Below, piece by piece: positions 1 through 9,580 of a stretch of DNA of 64,000 bases. Origin of the DNA: Planctomycetota bacterium (GTDB lineage Bacteria > Planctomycetota > Phycisphaerae > Sedimentisphaerales > Anaerobacaceae); assembly GCA_023481165.1 (NCBI GenBank), contig JAMCWO010000191.1, positions 1,434 to 65,433 on the forward strand, in the 5' to 3' direction. Both the position numbers and the translations under genes were made by a program. The notes below the pieces were generated by a model. That model was not told the origin of the DNA, did no database searches, and worked only from the letters and a program-made list of their open reading frames with translations. The stretch's first letter is position 1. The number at the start of each line of letters is the position of its first letter.

Positions 1-201
1 GACCCGGCCGGAGCGCATCCCGCAGGTCTGCGGCACGCCCGTCAGCAGGAGGTGGTAATCGGCCGGGTCTTCCAGGCTACGGACAAAGGGTACGGGGGAG
101 GTGTGCATCCCGGCGGTTTGGCGACTGGTGGCACATCCAGCAGCGATCAGCATGCCGATAACGAGTCCCGGGACCACGAACGCGATTGACACATGTCTCA
201 T
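1..201 (-). CDS. cupin-like lipoprotein, N-terminal 67 codons only (gene continues past the left edge)
   Basis: Reverse-strand ATG at 199-201. It reads MRHVSIAFVVPGLVIGMLIAAGCATS (signal peptide ending in Cys) ... DYHLLLTGVPQTCGMRSGRV. This parallels EYQRLLEGKPQTLGMRSGRV of the cupin at 13492-13872. It is absent from the ORF track because no stop lies inside the window. Confidence 0.45.
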   Translation of the reverse strand, partial: MRHVSIAFVVPGLVIGMLIAAGCATSRQTAGMHTSPVPFVRSLEDPADYHLLLTGVPQTCGMRSGRV

Positions 202-204
202 ATT

Positions 205-864
205 TCATCCTCTCCAACCGTCAAATGAGCCGATCTGGCGTCCGTTCCGCAACCGCATGCGGACGATGACGCCTTCTTTCGTCTGCGGGTCATACCAGGT
301 GCCGCGCGGCACGGGGTACTGCATTTCCTTCATCCGCCGGTCGTCGTAGTTGGGGCCCTGGCTGTAGAGGACCCAACTCACGGGCGATTCCTTCAGGGTG
401 CTGTAGGTTTGCCCTTCCTTCTGTTCGTGGTCGGGGAAACCATTCGGAACCCACAGGTAGGCACTGTCCGCCATGACGGTCGTCCGGTTGTAGATGAGCG
501 TGCCGACCGAGCGGTACTTGTACGTATAGCCGGGATTGAACGGGTCCTCGATACCTGCCGACAGGAACGTGTTCGGCGGGGGCTTCGGCAGGTACCCCTC
601 GTTCGTCAGCTCATACGGAAGCAGGTAGAAGTGCCCACCGAGCATGCAATCGACCCGCACCGGCGGATACCGGCCCTCGTGATCGAGGCCATACGCTTCG
701 AGGGCCAACCCGATGTCCCGCAGTTCGGCCTGGACCGCGAGGATCTTCGTCTGGAGCCGGGCGCGCCCTGCCGCAGGCAGCAGAAGGCCCAAAAGCACCG
801 CGATGATAGCGATGACGACCAACAGTTCTACCAGCGTGAATGCCCGTTTCACGACTCCCTCCAT
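205..864 (-). CDS. prepilin-type N-terminal cleavage/methylation domain protein (pseudopilin-like)
   Basis: Met33 of ORF 205-960 gives MEGVVKRAFTLVELLVVIAIIAVLLGLLLPA, a canonical prepilin leader plus hydrophobic helix. This start avoids overlap with the upstream gene, whose stop is at 875. Confidence 0.7.
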   Translation of the reverse strand: MEGVVKRAFTLVELLVVIAIIAVLLGLLLPAAGRARLQTKILAVQAELRDIGLALEAYGLDHEGRYPPVRVDCMLGGHFYLLPYELTNEGYLPKPPPNTFLSAGIEDPFNPGYTYKYRSVGTLIYNRTTVMADSAYLWVPNGFPDHEQKEGQTYSTLKESPVSWVLYSQGPNYDDRRMKEMQYPVPRGTWYDPQTKEGVIVRMRLRNGRQIGSFDGWRG

Positions 865-874
865 GTCTTGCCCA

Positions 875-1819
875 TCACGGGGATTCCTCCTGCGCGGGCG
901 CCTGTCGCGGCTGATCCGCCATCCGATGCTCGTAGGATGCCAGAACGCGCCCATTGCCATCGTAGTTCATGACGTAGAGCCGGTAGCCGCTGCGTAGGTC
1001 GGTGCTCTCCTGGTCGAGAATTCCAATCACGTCGAACGGCCGGCTCAGGTTGAAGGAGCCGGGGTAGATTCCATTGCCGCGCCCGAGCTTGATGGGAAAT
1101 GTCTTCGTTCCCTTCGTGACGGTCAGAGTACCATTCGGCCCCCAGCCATGGGCGTCGACGACGTTGACCTCCTCGATCTTGATCAGCCGGCCCTGATAGT
1201 ACTCGCCGCCGGTCAGTCGCGCCGGGTCGAACACGAACCGGCCCTGATCGTCCTTGAGCTCATCCAGAGATACGACTTCAGGTTTCGGCAGGCCAACGCC
1301 CCGTTCCAGAATCTCGATCGTGAAATCGTGATCGGGCTGATTCTTGTGCTGCTCGTTGATGTTGTTCTTGCCCTTGTAGGAAAGGAAGTAGCCCGTGACG
1401 CGGATGCGGTCGCCGACGCTGAACTGGGCCGCGTTGAGGCGGGCGAGCTCCGCGAGGAACTGGGCGTTGGAGTAGCCGCCGCCCGGCATGATCCACGGCA
1501 GATTGTCGTAGAGTTGGGCCAGGTAGACCGCCGTCCCGGCGTGATCCTCTCCTTCCCCCTGGAAGAATAGTTGCCACTGCCCACCCAGATTGAACGGTTC
1601 GAGGATCGTATCATCCGGGGTCGGGTCCAGCATATCGGCCGGGTGGTGGAGCACGATCCCCTCCAGAATCACCTTCTGCGCGGCCGTGTACGTCTGTTCG
1701 CCGCTGCCGTTGACCGCCTGGAACCGGCTGTGGGTGACCCGGGCCACGGTGGGGTCGCCCCGGGATAAGCCCCCGAGCACCAGGCCGATCAGCAGGCACG
1801 ATGCCAAGCACCCTCTCAT
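875..1819 (-). CDS. secreted hypothetical protein
   Basis: The Met16 start gives the signal peptide MRGCLASCLLIGLVLGG and is preceded by GGAGGTGTGAGT. No catalytic motif was recognised. It lies 10 nt upstream of the pseudopilin-like gene on the same strand. Confidence 0.5.
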   Translation of the reverse strand: MRGCLASCLLIGLVLGGLSRGDPTVARVTHSRFQAVNGSGEQTYTAAQKVILEGIVLHHPADMLDPTPDDTILEPFNLGGQWQLFFQGEGEDHAGTAVYLAQLYDNLPWIMPGGGYSNAQFLAELARLNAAQFSVGDRIRVTGYFLSYKGKNNINEQHKNQPDHDFTIEILERGVGLPKPEVVSLDELKDDQGRFVFDPARLTGGEYYQGRLIKIEEVNVVDAHGWGPNGTLTVTKGTKTFPIKLGRGNGIYPGSFNLSRPFDVIGILDQESTDLRSGYRLYVMNYDGNGRVLASYEHRMADQPRQAPAQEESP

Positions 1820-1849
1820 ACTCACACCTCCGAACACCCAAACAGTTGC

Positions 1850-1910
1850 GCATAACAATTCCACACTCGTGCTAACGCATAACAGTACAGAATTCGTGCT
1901 ACCGCATCAA
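1850..1910. repeat. two 27-nt tandem direct repeats plus a partial third unit, in the nikR upstream region
   Basis: Unit 1 (1850-1876) is gcataacaattccacactcgtgctaac. Unit 2 (1877-1903) is gcataacagtacagaattcgtgctacc, followed by gcatcaa. About 20 of 27 positions are identical. Each unit ends in GTGCTA(A/C)C. Confidence 0.6.
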
Positions 1911-2014
1911 GCCCCATTCCGGCATTTGCAGGAAAAATTCGCCTGGGGTAAGATGGTCCAGGTTGTGTTCGAGGAAAAAACTGTGCCGTGCGGCGTCTTT
2001 GGCAGAGGATCACG

Positions 2015-2428
2015 ATGAGCCAGGTGGAACGCATAGGGGTGTCGCTGGAAAAGGATCTGCTCGCCACGTTCGATGGGTTGATCGCCCGGCGGGGCTATCC
2101 GAGCCGGTCGGAGGCGATCCGCGATCTGATCCGCCAGCAAATCAGCGAGGAGCGCTTGAGCAATCCGAAAGCGACCGCGGTGGCGGCGGTCTTCCTGGTC
2201 TACAACCATCATGCGACGAAGCTGATGGAAGAGTTGGCCGGCTTGCAGCACTCGCACCTGCTTCAGACGATTTCTTCGATGCACATTCATCTGGATGAGC
2301 ACGACTGCCTGGAGGTGATCGTGCTGCGGGGGCCGGCGGGCGAGATCAAGAAGACCGCCGAGAACCTGATCAGCCTAAAGGGCGTCAAGCTCAGCCGCAT
2401 CAACCTCTTGACCACCGAGGCCACCTGA
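2015..2428 (+). CDS. nikR: nickel-responsive transcriptional regulator NikR
   Basis: MSQVERIGVSLEKDLLATFDGLIARRGYPSRSEAIRDLIR is a ribbon-helix-helix N-domain. The C-domain carries YNHH, LQHSH and MHIHLDEHDCLEV, matching the His/Cys nickel-site pattern of NikR. AGAGGA lies 7 nt before the ATG at 2015. Confidence 0.85.
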   Translation: MSQVERIGVSLEKDLLATFDGLIARRGYPSRSEAIRDLIRQQISEERLSNPKATAVAAVFLVYNHHATKLMEELAGLQHSHLLQTISSMHIHLDEHDCLEVIVLRGPAGEIKKTAENLISLKGVKLSRINLLTTEAT

Positions 2429-5400
2429 TCGCCCGGGGAACCGCCCGTACCGAAGCGTCAGGGCCGGCAGCACGAGGAGATTGAGGATGGTGGACGTCAC
2501 CAAACCGCCGAGGATCACGATCGCCATGGGGCCCTCGATCTCGCGGCCCGCTGTCCCTGTACCGACGACCAGGGGCAGCAGGCCCAGCCCCGTGACCAGA
2601 GCCGTCATCAGGATCGGAGCCAATCGCTCGGAAGCGCCCCGCGTGGCCGCCTCCGGGCCCCAGCTCATGCCCTCCACCACCACCAGGTGCTCATAGTGGG
2701 AAATCAGCATGATGGAATTTCGCAGCGTGATGCCGAACACGGTGATGAAACCCACCATGGCGCCAAGCGAAAGCAGGGTTCCCGACAGCAGCAGAATCAG
2801 CACGCCGCCGACCAGGGCGAAGGGTAGGTTCAGCAGGACCAGCAACACGTTGCGATGGTTTCGCAGCACGATGGACAGCAGGAGAATGATCCCGATGCCG
2901 GCCAGGGCGGAATGGATCTCCAGGTCTTCCGTGGCCCGCGCCTGGGCTTGGGCCGCGCCGGCAAATTGCACATAGGTCCCCGCGGGCAGGACCACGGAAG
3001 AGAGAATGTCCCGGCGGGCCTGGGCGACGAAGGAGTTGACGCTGCGTCCCTGGACATTGCACGTGATAGTCTGGACCCGCCGGCCGGTATTGTGCAGGAT
3101 CGTATAGCGCCCGGGGGCCTCGTAGATATCGGCCAGTTGCTGCAGCGGCAGGTACGTGCCGCCGGGACTACGCAGCGGCAGGGCCTGGATTTCATTGATG
3201 GAGCGGCGGTCTTGCGGGTCGAGGAAGACCGCCACGTTGAACACCTGGTCCCCCTGGTAGATTTGCCCCACCACAGCGCCCTGGTAGGCGGAACGAACCG
3301 CATCCAGAACGGTCACCGGATCGAAGCCCCAGCGCAGCAGGTCGCCTTTGCGGACCACAATCTCGATTTCCGGGCTGGTGGGCAGGGCCGCCATCGTAAC
3401 GTCGGCGGCCCCCGGAATCTGCTGCAGTAGATGCATGACTTCCTGCCCCAGGTCTTGGAGCACCTCGAAGTCCTGGCTGAAGATGTCGATGACAACGGCG
3501 GCGCCATAGCCGGAAAGTGTCTCGCCGATGCGTTCCGTCAAAAAGGAGTTGACCTGGTAGGTGATCCCGGGGAACTGGGCCAGCATCTGCCGCACCTGCC
3601 CGGGGGAATACCCGACCGGCGTTCCGCCGGCCGAGGCGAAGCTGATATCGATCTCGCTGGAGCCGATCCCCCGCGTGGATGAGCCCTCTTCGGCCCGGCC
3701 CGTCTTCTGGGACACGTACCGGGCATCCGGCAGCTTCAACAACTCACGTGAGACGAGGTCTCCCAGGCGCAAGGACTCTTCGAGCGAAGTCCCCGGGATC
3801 GTGTTGACGTGGACGATGGCATTGCCTTCCCGCAGGGAAGGCAGAAACTCCGTGTGCAGAAAGAAGAATACGATTACACCGATGACGATCAGGAGGACCA
3901 CAACGCCGATCGCTGCCCAGGGATGTCTGTCGACATGCCTGAGAATCCTGCCATACCCTCTTTTGAGCCAGCGTACCACAGGCGGCTCCTTTTCCACGTT
4001 CGGAGTACCGCCTTTAGGCGGGTAAGACTCTTCTGATCCGCGTAAACGCGGTACTGGGCTCCCCAACGCGCCGAGCAGCAGGGAAGATAGGGCCGGCGTG
4101 ACGGTAAGGGCGACCACCAGCGACGTGAGGACGGCCGCGATGTACGCAATGCCGAGGGGCGCAAAGAGCCGGCCCGCCACGCCGGACAAGGTCAGCACCG
4201 GGACGAATACCAGCACCACAGCGAATGTGGCGAATACCACGGCACTGCGAACCTCGATGGAAGCATCCAGGATCACCCGCAGCACCGGGCGTGGATTTTG
4301 CCGATGGCGATTCTCGCGCAGACGCCGCAGGATGTTCTCCACGTCGATCACGGCGTCGTCCACCACCTCCCCGATGGCCACGGCCAAGCCGCCCATCGTC
4401 ATCGTGTTGAGACTCTGACCGAAGTACCGCAAAACCGTCACGGCCCCCAGGAGCGATAAGGGAATGGCGATGATGGAGATGACCGCCGTGCGCCAGTTGA
4501 ACAGAAATAGAAACAGCACGATCGCGACCAGAATTGCTCCTATTCCCAGCGCCTGCTCCACGTTGCGCAGGGCCGTGTGAATGTAGGTCGCCGGGCGGAA
4601 GAGTTCCGAGTAGAGAACGATGTTCTCCTTCTGCAGCATCGGGCGCAGGTCCGCCACGGCCTGATCCAATTGCGAGGTGATATCGAGTGTGTTGGCCTGG
4701 TATTGCCCCGTAATCAACAGGACCACCCCAGGCTGTCCATTCACGGAGGCGGCCCCAATCGGCGGCGCCTCCGCCTCGACCACCTGTGCCACAACGCCCA
4801 GGGTCACGTTGGCTCCCTCGTGGTGCACCAGAACTGTCTGGGCCAACCCCTCCGGCGTCAGCGACTGGCCTTGCATCCGGAGCGTAAGACGCTGGTTGGG
4901 GGTTTCGATGAAGCCCGCCCCCCGGATGGCGGTGGCCTTGGCCCCGACGCGCAGCACATCGTCCATCGACAGGTTGTATTTGATGAGTTGCGAGGGCCGG
5001 ACCTGGATTTGTAGCTGTTTGACCTGCCCGCCGTAGACCTGCACTTGAGCCACTCCGGGCGCGGCCAGCAGCCGGGGCTTGATCGTCCAATCCGCAATCG
5101 TCCTAAGGTCCATGAGACTGCGGGTCTTCGAGGTCAGTCCCAACTGCAAGACCGTCCCGGTCGAGGAAGTCAGGGGCGAGAGAAAAGGCGTCACGCCTGT
5201 CGGCAAAGGCTCGGTCATCGAGGCCAGCCGTTCGGCCACCATCTGCCGGGCCCGATAGATATCGATGCCCGTATGAAAAACAATGGTGATGGCAGACAGG
5301 CCGTGCAGGGAAGATGAACGAAAGGACTCGATGCCTGCCACTCCACCGATGGTGTTCTCCACGGGCCGTGTGACCAGCATTTCCACCTGCTCGGAGGAAA

Positions 5401-5587
5401 GCCCCGGCGCTTCCAGCCGGATACTGACTTGCGGCGAGGTGAACTCGGGAAAGACGTCGTACTCGGTCTTCGTGAGAGAGTAGATGGCGTAGGCCGCCCA
5501 CAGAGCCGCCAGCGCGATGATGACGCCGCGAAAGCGTAGAGAGAAGCGAACGATGGCGGCGAGAATGCCTGTAGTCTCCAAGTTCAT
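2375..5587 (-). CDS. heavy-metal-efflux type RND permease (CzcA/CusA family)
   Basis: The true start, MNLETTGILAAIVRFSLRFRGVIIALAAL, is at 5587 and overlaps the upstream stop as ATGA. The product is 1070 aa. DVFPEFTSPQVSIRLEAPGLSSEQVEMLVTRPVE is typical of HME-RND N-termini. The protein is large with 12 predicted TM segments. The first 206 codons of the track ORF overlap the MFP gene and are not coding. Confidence 0.9.
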   Translation of the reverse strand: MNLETTGILAAIVRFSLRFRGVIIALAALWAAYAIYSLTKTEYDVFPEFTSPQVSIRLEAPGLSSEQVEMLVTRPVENTIGGVAGIESFRSSSLHGLSAITIVFHTGIDIYRARQMVAERLASMTEPLPTGVTPFLSPLTSSTGTVLQLGLTSKTRSLMDLRTIADWTIKPRLLAAPGVAQVQVYGGQVKQLQIQVRPSQLIKYNLSMDDVLRVGAKATAIRGAGFIETPNQRLTLRMQGQSLTPEGLAQTVLVHHEGANVTLGVVAQVVEAEAPPIGAASVNGQPGVVLLITGQYQANTLDITSQLDQAVADLRPMLQKENIVLYSELFRPATYIHTALRNVEQALGIGAILVAIVLFLFLFNWRTAVISIIAIPLSLLGAVTVLRYFGQSLNTMTMGGLAVAIGEVVDDAVIDVENILRRLRENRHRQNPRPVLRVILDASIEVRSAVVFATFAVVLVFVPVLTLSGVAGRLFAPLGIAYIAAVLTSLVVALTVTPALSSLLLGALGSPVPRLRGSEESYPPKGGTPNVEKEPPVVRWLKRGYGRILRHVDRHPWAAIGVVVLLIVIGVIVFFFLHTEFLPSLREGNAIVHVNTIPGTSLEESLRLGDLVSRELLKLPDARYVSQKTGRAEEGSSTRGIGSSEIDISFASAGGTPVGYSPGQVRQMLAQFPGITYQVNSFLTERIGETLSGYGAAVVIDIFSQDFEVLQDLGQEVMHLLQQIPGAADVTMAALPTSPEIEIVVRKGDLLRWGFDPVTVLDAVRSAYQGAVVGQIYQGDQVFNVAVFLDPQDRRSINEIQALPLRSPGGTYLPLQQLADIYEAPGRYTILHNTGRRVQTITCNVQGRSVNSFVAQARRDILSSVVLPAGTYVQFAGAAQAQARATEDLEIHSALAGIGIILLLSIVLRNHRNVLLVLLNLPFALVGGVLILLLSGTLLSLGAMVGFITVFGITLRNSIMLISHYEHLVVVEGMSWGPEAATRGASERLAPILMTALVTGLGLLPLVVGTGTAGREIEGPMAIVILGGLVTSTILNLLVLPALTLRYGRFPGRSGGLGGQEVDAAELDAL

Positions 5588-6651
5588 TTCCTGGCCTTCT
5601 TGCCTTTCTGTGCCTGCCGGTGCGCTTCCTGGGACAGAAGAAGCTGTGCCCCTCGGACGACGCACCACTGGCCGGCCGAGAAACCTTCCCGCACGAACCA
5701 GCCGCCGGAGACAGGGGTATTCGTGGGAATTTCCCGACGGACAAAGGTGTCCGGGCTCGTCTGCACGTAGATCCAGGCTCGGCCTTGCAGCCAGACGACG
5801 GCGGACGCGGGAACATCGATCCCGCGTATCTCCTGACCGGTCGGGAGAGATGCCACAATGTTCATGCCGGGCAGAAGACCCGTGGCCTTGGCCGGCGCCC
5901 GATAGAAGAAGCTGAATCCCTGGATGCGCGGGTCCGTCCGGGGAGACGCCGAAACGCAGGTGGCCGTTTCCGTCTTTCCAACGGGTGTCTCGATGGTCGC
6001 GCTTGGAGGGGGAGACAACAACTTCGTCCCTACCGGCACCGTGATCTGGATCAGCACCTCCTCCTGGTCCATCAATCGGACGAGCGGGGCGGAGTTTTCC
6101 TCGATCCATTGGGCGATTACAGGCCCCCACTGCTGCCGGAGGAGCGCCGTCTGAGAATGAAGCGCCACTTCCGCCGCCCGTGCCTGGGCCTGGTCCGACA
6201 GCCAAGTGGCCTGCGCCTTCTGGACAGCCTTTTCGGAGGTGCTACGATTGTCTTTATAGAGCGACTGGGCGCGGGTGTACTCCTCCCGCGCGGCCACCAG
6301 TTCGGCCTGGGCACTTTCCTGCTTCGCCTGGGCATCGGCGAAGCGGCTCCTGGAATCGGACAACTGCTGCGTGTCGGAAACAGTCCCGTAGGCCGTGACC
6401 TTCTCCTGAAAGGACATCAAGTTCAGCGGGGCCACCGCGATTCCCCCTTTCGTCTGCTGGGCCGGGCTCAACGTCACCTCATTGTGGTCCACCGGCTTGG
6501 GCGCCATCTTTCCGGCAGGTTGATTGGGATCCAGCGGCCTTCCGGTGCCCTTCCCGTGTCCCAGAATCCATGTCGCCAACAGGGCGCCGCCTCCCGCGAG
6601 GGTCACGACAGCCGTCCAGAGAAACACTCTATTCCTGATCTGTTCGGACAC
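5584..6651 (-). CDS. efflux RND periplasmic adaptor (MFP) subunit
   Basis: GTG start, an N-terminal TM anchor, a coiled-coil segment (AQAKQESAQAELVAAREEYTRAQSLY) and a beta-barrel C-terminus. It sits between the OMF and RND genes. Confidence 0.8.
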   Translation of the reverse strand: MSEQIRNRVFLWTAVVTLAGGGALLATWILGHGKGTGRPLDPNQPAGKMAPKPVDHNEVTLSPAQQTKGGIAVAPLNLMSFQEKVTAYGTVSDTQQLSDSRSRFADAQAKQESAQAELVAAREEYTRAQSLYKDNRSTSEKAVQKAQATWLSDQAQARAAEVALHSQTALLRQQWGPVIAQWIEENSAPLVRLMDQEEVLIQITVPVGTKLLSPPPSATIETPVGKTETATCVSASPRTDPRIQGFSFFYRAPAKATGLLPGMNIVASLPTGQEIRGIDVPASAVVWLQGRAWIYVQTSPDTFVRREIPTNTPVSGGWFVREGFSAGQWCVVRGAQLLLSQEAHRQAQKGKKARK

Positions 6652-6667
6652 GGCGTTATCATCTCCC

Positions 6668-8062
6668 TTACTCTTTGGGATTGGGGACCGAATCCTCGCA
6701 CACCAGCGGACGCATCACCGCATCCTCCAACGCACCTAACGCCTGCTGTACGCCGACGAACGATTGGAGTCGGGAGAGAGAGGCCGCGTTACGGTCCTGT
6801 TCCACGGTGAGAAGCTCCAGGCGGCTGATATCCCCCACTTCGAATTGTCTCTGGGCGATCTTCTCCTGGTCGGTGCGCTGCGCGAGAATCGACTCGGCCA
6901 CCTTCAGCACATCCAAAGCTTTGCTGTAACCGACCGCGGCCTGCTCCACCTGGCTGATCACGCTGATTTGCAGAGCGTAGAAGCGCTCTGCCGCTTCCCG
7001 GCGTTTCGCCTCGGCTGCCGCGATCGGTCCTTGGTTCTGATTGAAGATCGGCAGGGTTACGGCCAAGCCAATGCCCCACTCATTTTGTCCCTGGTCGAAC
7101 TCGTAGGCCGGTCCCAGGCTGATGTCGGGGTACTGCCTGGCAATCTCCAGTTGCAGGTCCGATTGGGCCGCCTGATAATCCGCCAGGGACGAGAGCACAT
7201 CGGGGCGACTCCAGAGAGCTGCCTTCCGTACCTCCGCGGCGAGCAGGCTGGAGGGGACCTTTTCGAGACACGTGAAAGACAGGTCGATCCTTGTCAGCGC
7301 CGCCTCCGGCAGAGCCAAAGCCGCCGCTAAGGCCGCCCGATCCTGGGCGATCTGCTTGCTCGTCCCAATCAAGGACAAGCGCGCCTGGTCCAGGGCGATG
7401 CGTGCCTGGCTGAGCACGAGCTGCGAGATTTCCCCACGCTGGAGCTGCTTCTCCTGCATCTCTACCGTCTGTTGCTGCAACCGGACTTGTTCCTGCTGAA
7501 GACTCTCGGTGTGGAGGGCCGTGTACAGGTTCAGGAGACTTGTCCGCACCCGGCTGTGCACCTGCCAGGCGAGCGTCGCTGTGTTCAGCCGCGCGGCCGT
7601 GGCGAGGTTCCGGGCACGCGCGATCCGGTAGCCGCGTTTGCCCGCCGTCTCGATCGGAGCCAGAACGGAGAAGTCCACAATCCACGGGGAAATCCCACCG
7701 CCCGTGTTGGTCACATACTGAGGTGTGAACCGTAGAGCCGGATGGGGCCATTGGCCGGCTGTCCGGATCCCGGCTTCGGCCACTTGCCATTGGGCTTGGG
7801 CGACCTTCACCTGGGGTTGGTAATAGCACGCGGCCAGCGCCAGCAGGTCGAGGCTCCATTGTTTGGGGGGCCACGGCGTCATTTCCCGATGAAGATCCGT
7901 CTCCAGGAAAGCCCTCACTTCCGAAGAATCCAGACGCCGGGCTTCGAAAGCCGCGGCTGATGTCTCGGGAGAGATGGGCTCATCCTGGAACGTGGTGCAT
8001 CCGGCGGTCACAGCCGCAAGCAAGACCAAGGCGCTGACGTTCCGGGCCATGGCGTTCCCCAA
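6668..8062 (-). CDS. TolC-like outer membrane efflux protein (lipoprotein)
   Basis: Lipobox LLAAVTAGCTTF. Two repeated long alpha-helical halves typical of outer membrane factors. It lies 16 nt upstream of the MFP gene. Confidence 0.8.
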   Translation of the reverse strand: MGNAMARNVSALVLLAAVTAGCTTFQDEPISPETSAAAFEARRLDSSEVRAFLETDLHREMTPWPPKQWSLDLLALAACYYQPQVKVAQAQWQVAEAGIRTAGQWPHPALRFTPQYVTNTGGGISPWIVDFSVLAPIETAGKRGYRIARARNLATAARLNTATLAWQVHSRVRTSLLNLYTALHTESLQQEQVRLQQQTVEMQEKQLQRGEISQLVLSQARIALDQARLSLIGTSKQIAQDRAALAAALALPEAALTRIDLSFTCLEKVPSSLLAAEVRKAALWSRPDVLSSLADYQAAQSDLQLEIARQYPDISLGPAYEFDQGQNEWGIGLAVTLPIFNQNQGPIAAAEAKRREAAERFYALQISVISQVEQAAVGYSKALDVLKVAESILAQRTDQEKIAQRQFEVGDISRLELLTVEQDRNAASLSRLQSFVGVQQALGALEDAVMRPLVCEDSVPNPKE

Positions 8063-9580
8063 TTATCCCCCGCCCTGCACGAAGACGTAGACCCGCGCCC
8101 CGCTGGGGTCGGTTATGAGCAAACGTACGCCCGACGATGGCTTCACGGAGGAGAGGATCTGATCGGCCTGCTGACTGGAGGTGACGGCTTCATTCTGAAT
8201 CTGCAAGATCACCATGCCCGGAATCAGACCGGCGAACGCGGCCTCCGAGCCCGGCTGTACCGCCGTGATCATGACTCCCTGAAGAGACGATGGATAGCCG
8301 TATTTCTGCGCCAACTCCGGCGTCAGAGTCGTCAGGCTGATCCCGAACCCGCCGGGCGCCGCGGTCTGGGGAGCCGGTGCGGGAGTCGAAGGCTTCTCCG
8401 GCAGCGCCGCGATCTCCACTTCGATGGTCAGTTTCTCACCTTTGCGGTACACGTCAAATGGGACCTTCGTGCCGGGGGACAAGCCCGTCACGATGCGGCG
8501 CAGGGCGGCGCTGCTATCCACCGGCTTGCCGTCGATGGCGGTGATGAAGTCTCCCGTCTTGATCCCTGCCTTGGCACCGGGACCATCCGGCACGACTTCC
8601 GCCACCAGGGCCCCTTTCGTCGTCGGCAGGCCAAAGCTCTTGGCGAGCTTCTCACTCACGTCCTGGACCTCTACCCCCACGTAGCCGCGGACGACTTTGC
8701 CCTTTGCGATCAATTGGGTCATCACGTGCTTCGCCGTGTTGGAGGGGATCGCCAAGCCAATTCCGGCGTTGATCTTCTCCGGCGAGACAATCGCGGTATT
8801 GATCCCGATGACCTGGCCCTTCATGCTCGTCAAGGGCCCGCCGGAATTGCCCGGGTTGATCGCGGCATCCGTCTGAAAGTAGCTCTCCGAATCGTCGCTG
8901 ATGGTGCGCCCTCGCGCAGAGATGATGCCGGCGGTGACTGTCTGGGCCAATCCTTCCGGAGCACCGACCGCCAAGACCCAATCCCCGACGACGACCTTGC
9001 TGCTGTCTCCCAACGGGACCGAAATCAGGTCCGAGGCATCGATCTTGACCACCGCCAGGTCCGTCAGCCGGTCGGTGCGTACCCACTGTGTCTTGAAATG
9101 GCGTCCATCCGCCAGAATGACTTCCACGGTGTCGGCCCCATGCACCACGTGCCAGTTCGTCAGGATGTAGCCGTTGTTCGCATCCACAATGATGCCGCTG
9201 CCCAGTCCATAGATGTACTCGTATGTCGGCGGCAGGGCCTTGCCGCCATTGCCGCCAAAGAGGTGCTGCCAGAAGTCGCGCATGCCGGAGCCGACGGTCT
9301 GCGTTTCCTTGACCCGCTCCGTTACCTGGACCATGACCACGGCGGGCCGGACGATCTCGGCCACGGCGTAAAACAGCGGCGACAACGTGTCGCCTTTTCT
9401 TAGTTCCGGCAGGGCCGTCCGCGCCGTTTTGACCTCCTGGGCCACCCGGTCGAAGCGAATCCGCTGAACTACCATCGGTACGAAAACGAGCGCCCCGACT
9501 CCCACGGCCAGTCCCAATAGCCATATCAGTGTTGATCCACGGATGCGCATACTCTGTTGCCTTTCGCACTTGGTCCTCAT
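8063..9580 (-). CDS. htrA: HtrA/DegP-family serine protease with two PDZ domains
   Basis: GYILTNWHVV (His), GNSGGPL (Ser) and two PDZ-like C-terminal segments. The start ATG overlaps the upstream stop (ATGA at 9577-9580). An alternative ATG lies at 9550. The stop directly abuts the TolC-like start with 0 nt between them. Confidence 0.9.
   Translation of the reverse strand: MRTKCERQQSMRIRGSTLIWLLGLAVGVGALVFVPMVVQRIRFDRVAQEVKTARTALPELRKGDTLSPLFYAVAEIVRPAVVMVQVTERVKETQTVGSGMRDFWQHLFGGNGGKALPPTYEYIYGLGSGIIVDANNGYILTNWHVVHGADTVEVILADGRHFKTQWVRTDRLTDLAVVKIDASDLISVPLGDSSKVVVGDWVLAVGAPEGLAQTVTAGIISARGRTISDDSESYFQTDAAINPGNSGGPLTSMKGQVIGINTAIVSPEKINAGIGLAIPSNTAKHVMTQLIAKGKVVRGYVGVEVQDVSEKLAKSFGLPTTKGALVAEVVPDGPGAKAGIKTGDFITAIDGKPVDSSAALRRIVTGLSPGTKVPFDVYRKGEKLTIEVEIAALPEKPSTPAPAPQTAAPGGFGISLTTLTPELAQKYGYPSSLQGVMITAVQPGSEAAFAGLIPGMVILQIQNEAVTSSQQADQILSSVKPSSGVRLLITDPSGARVYVFVQGGG

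Noticed and set aside
5588-6205. The N-terminal 206 codons of track ORF 2375-6205, which would give a 1276-aa RND protein.
   Set aside because: This stretch overlaps the MFP gene in another frame and is Gly/Arg/Pro-rich. The canonical RND N-terminus (MNLETTGILAAIVRFSL) starts at 5587 with an ATGA overlap to the MFP stop. The same logic trims ORF 10932-12164 to 10932-11678.
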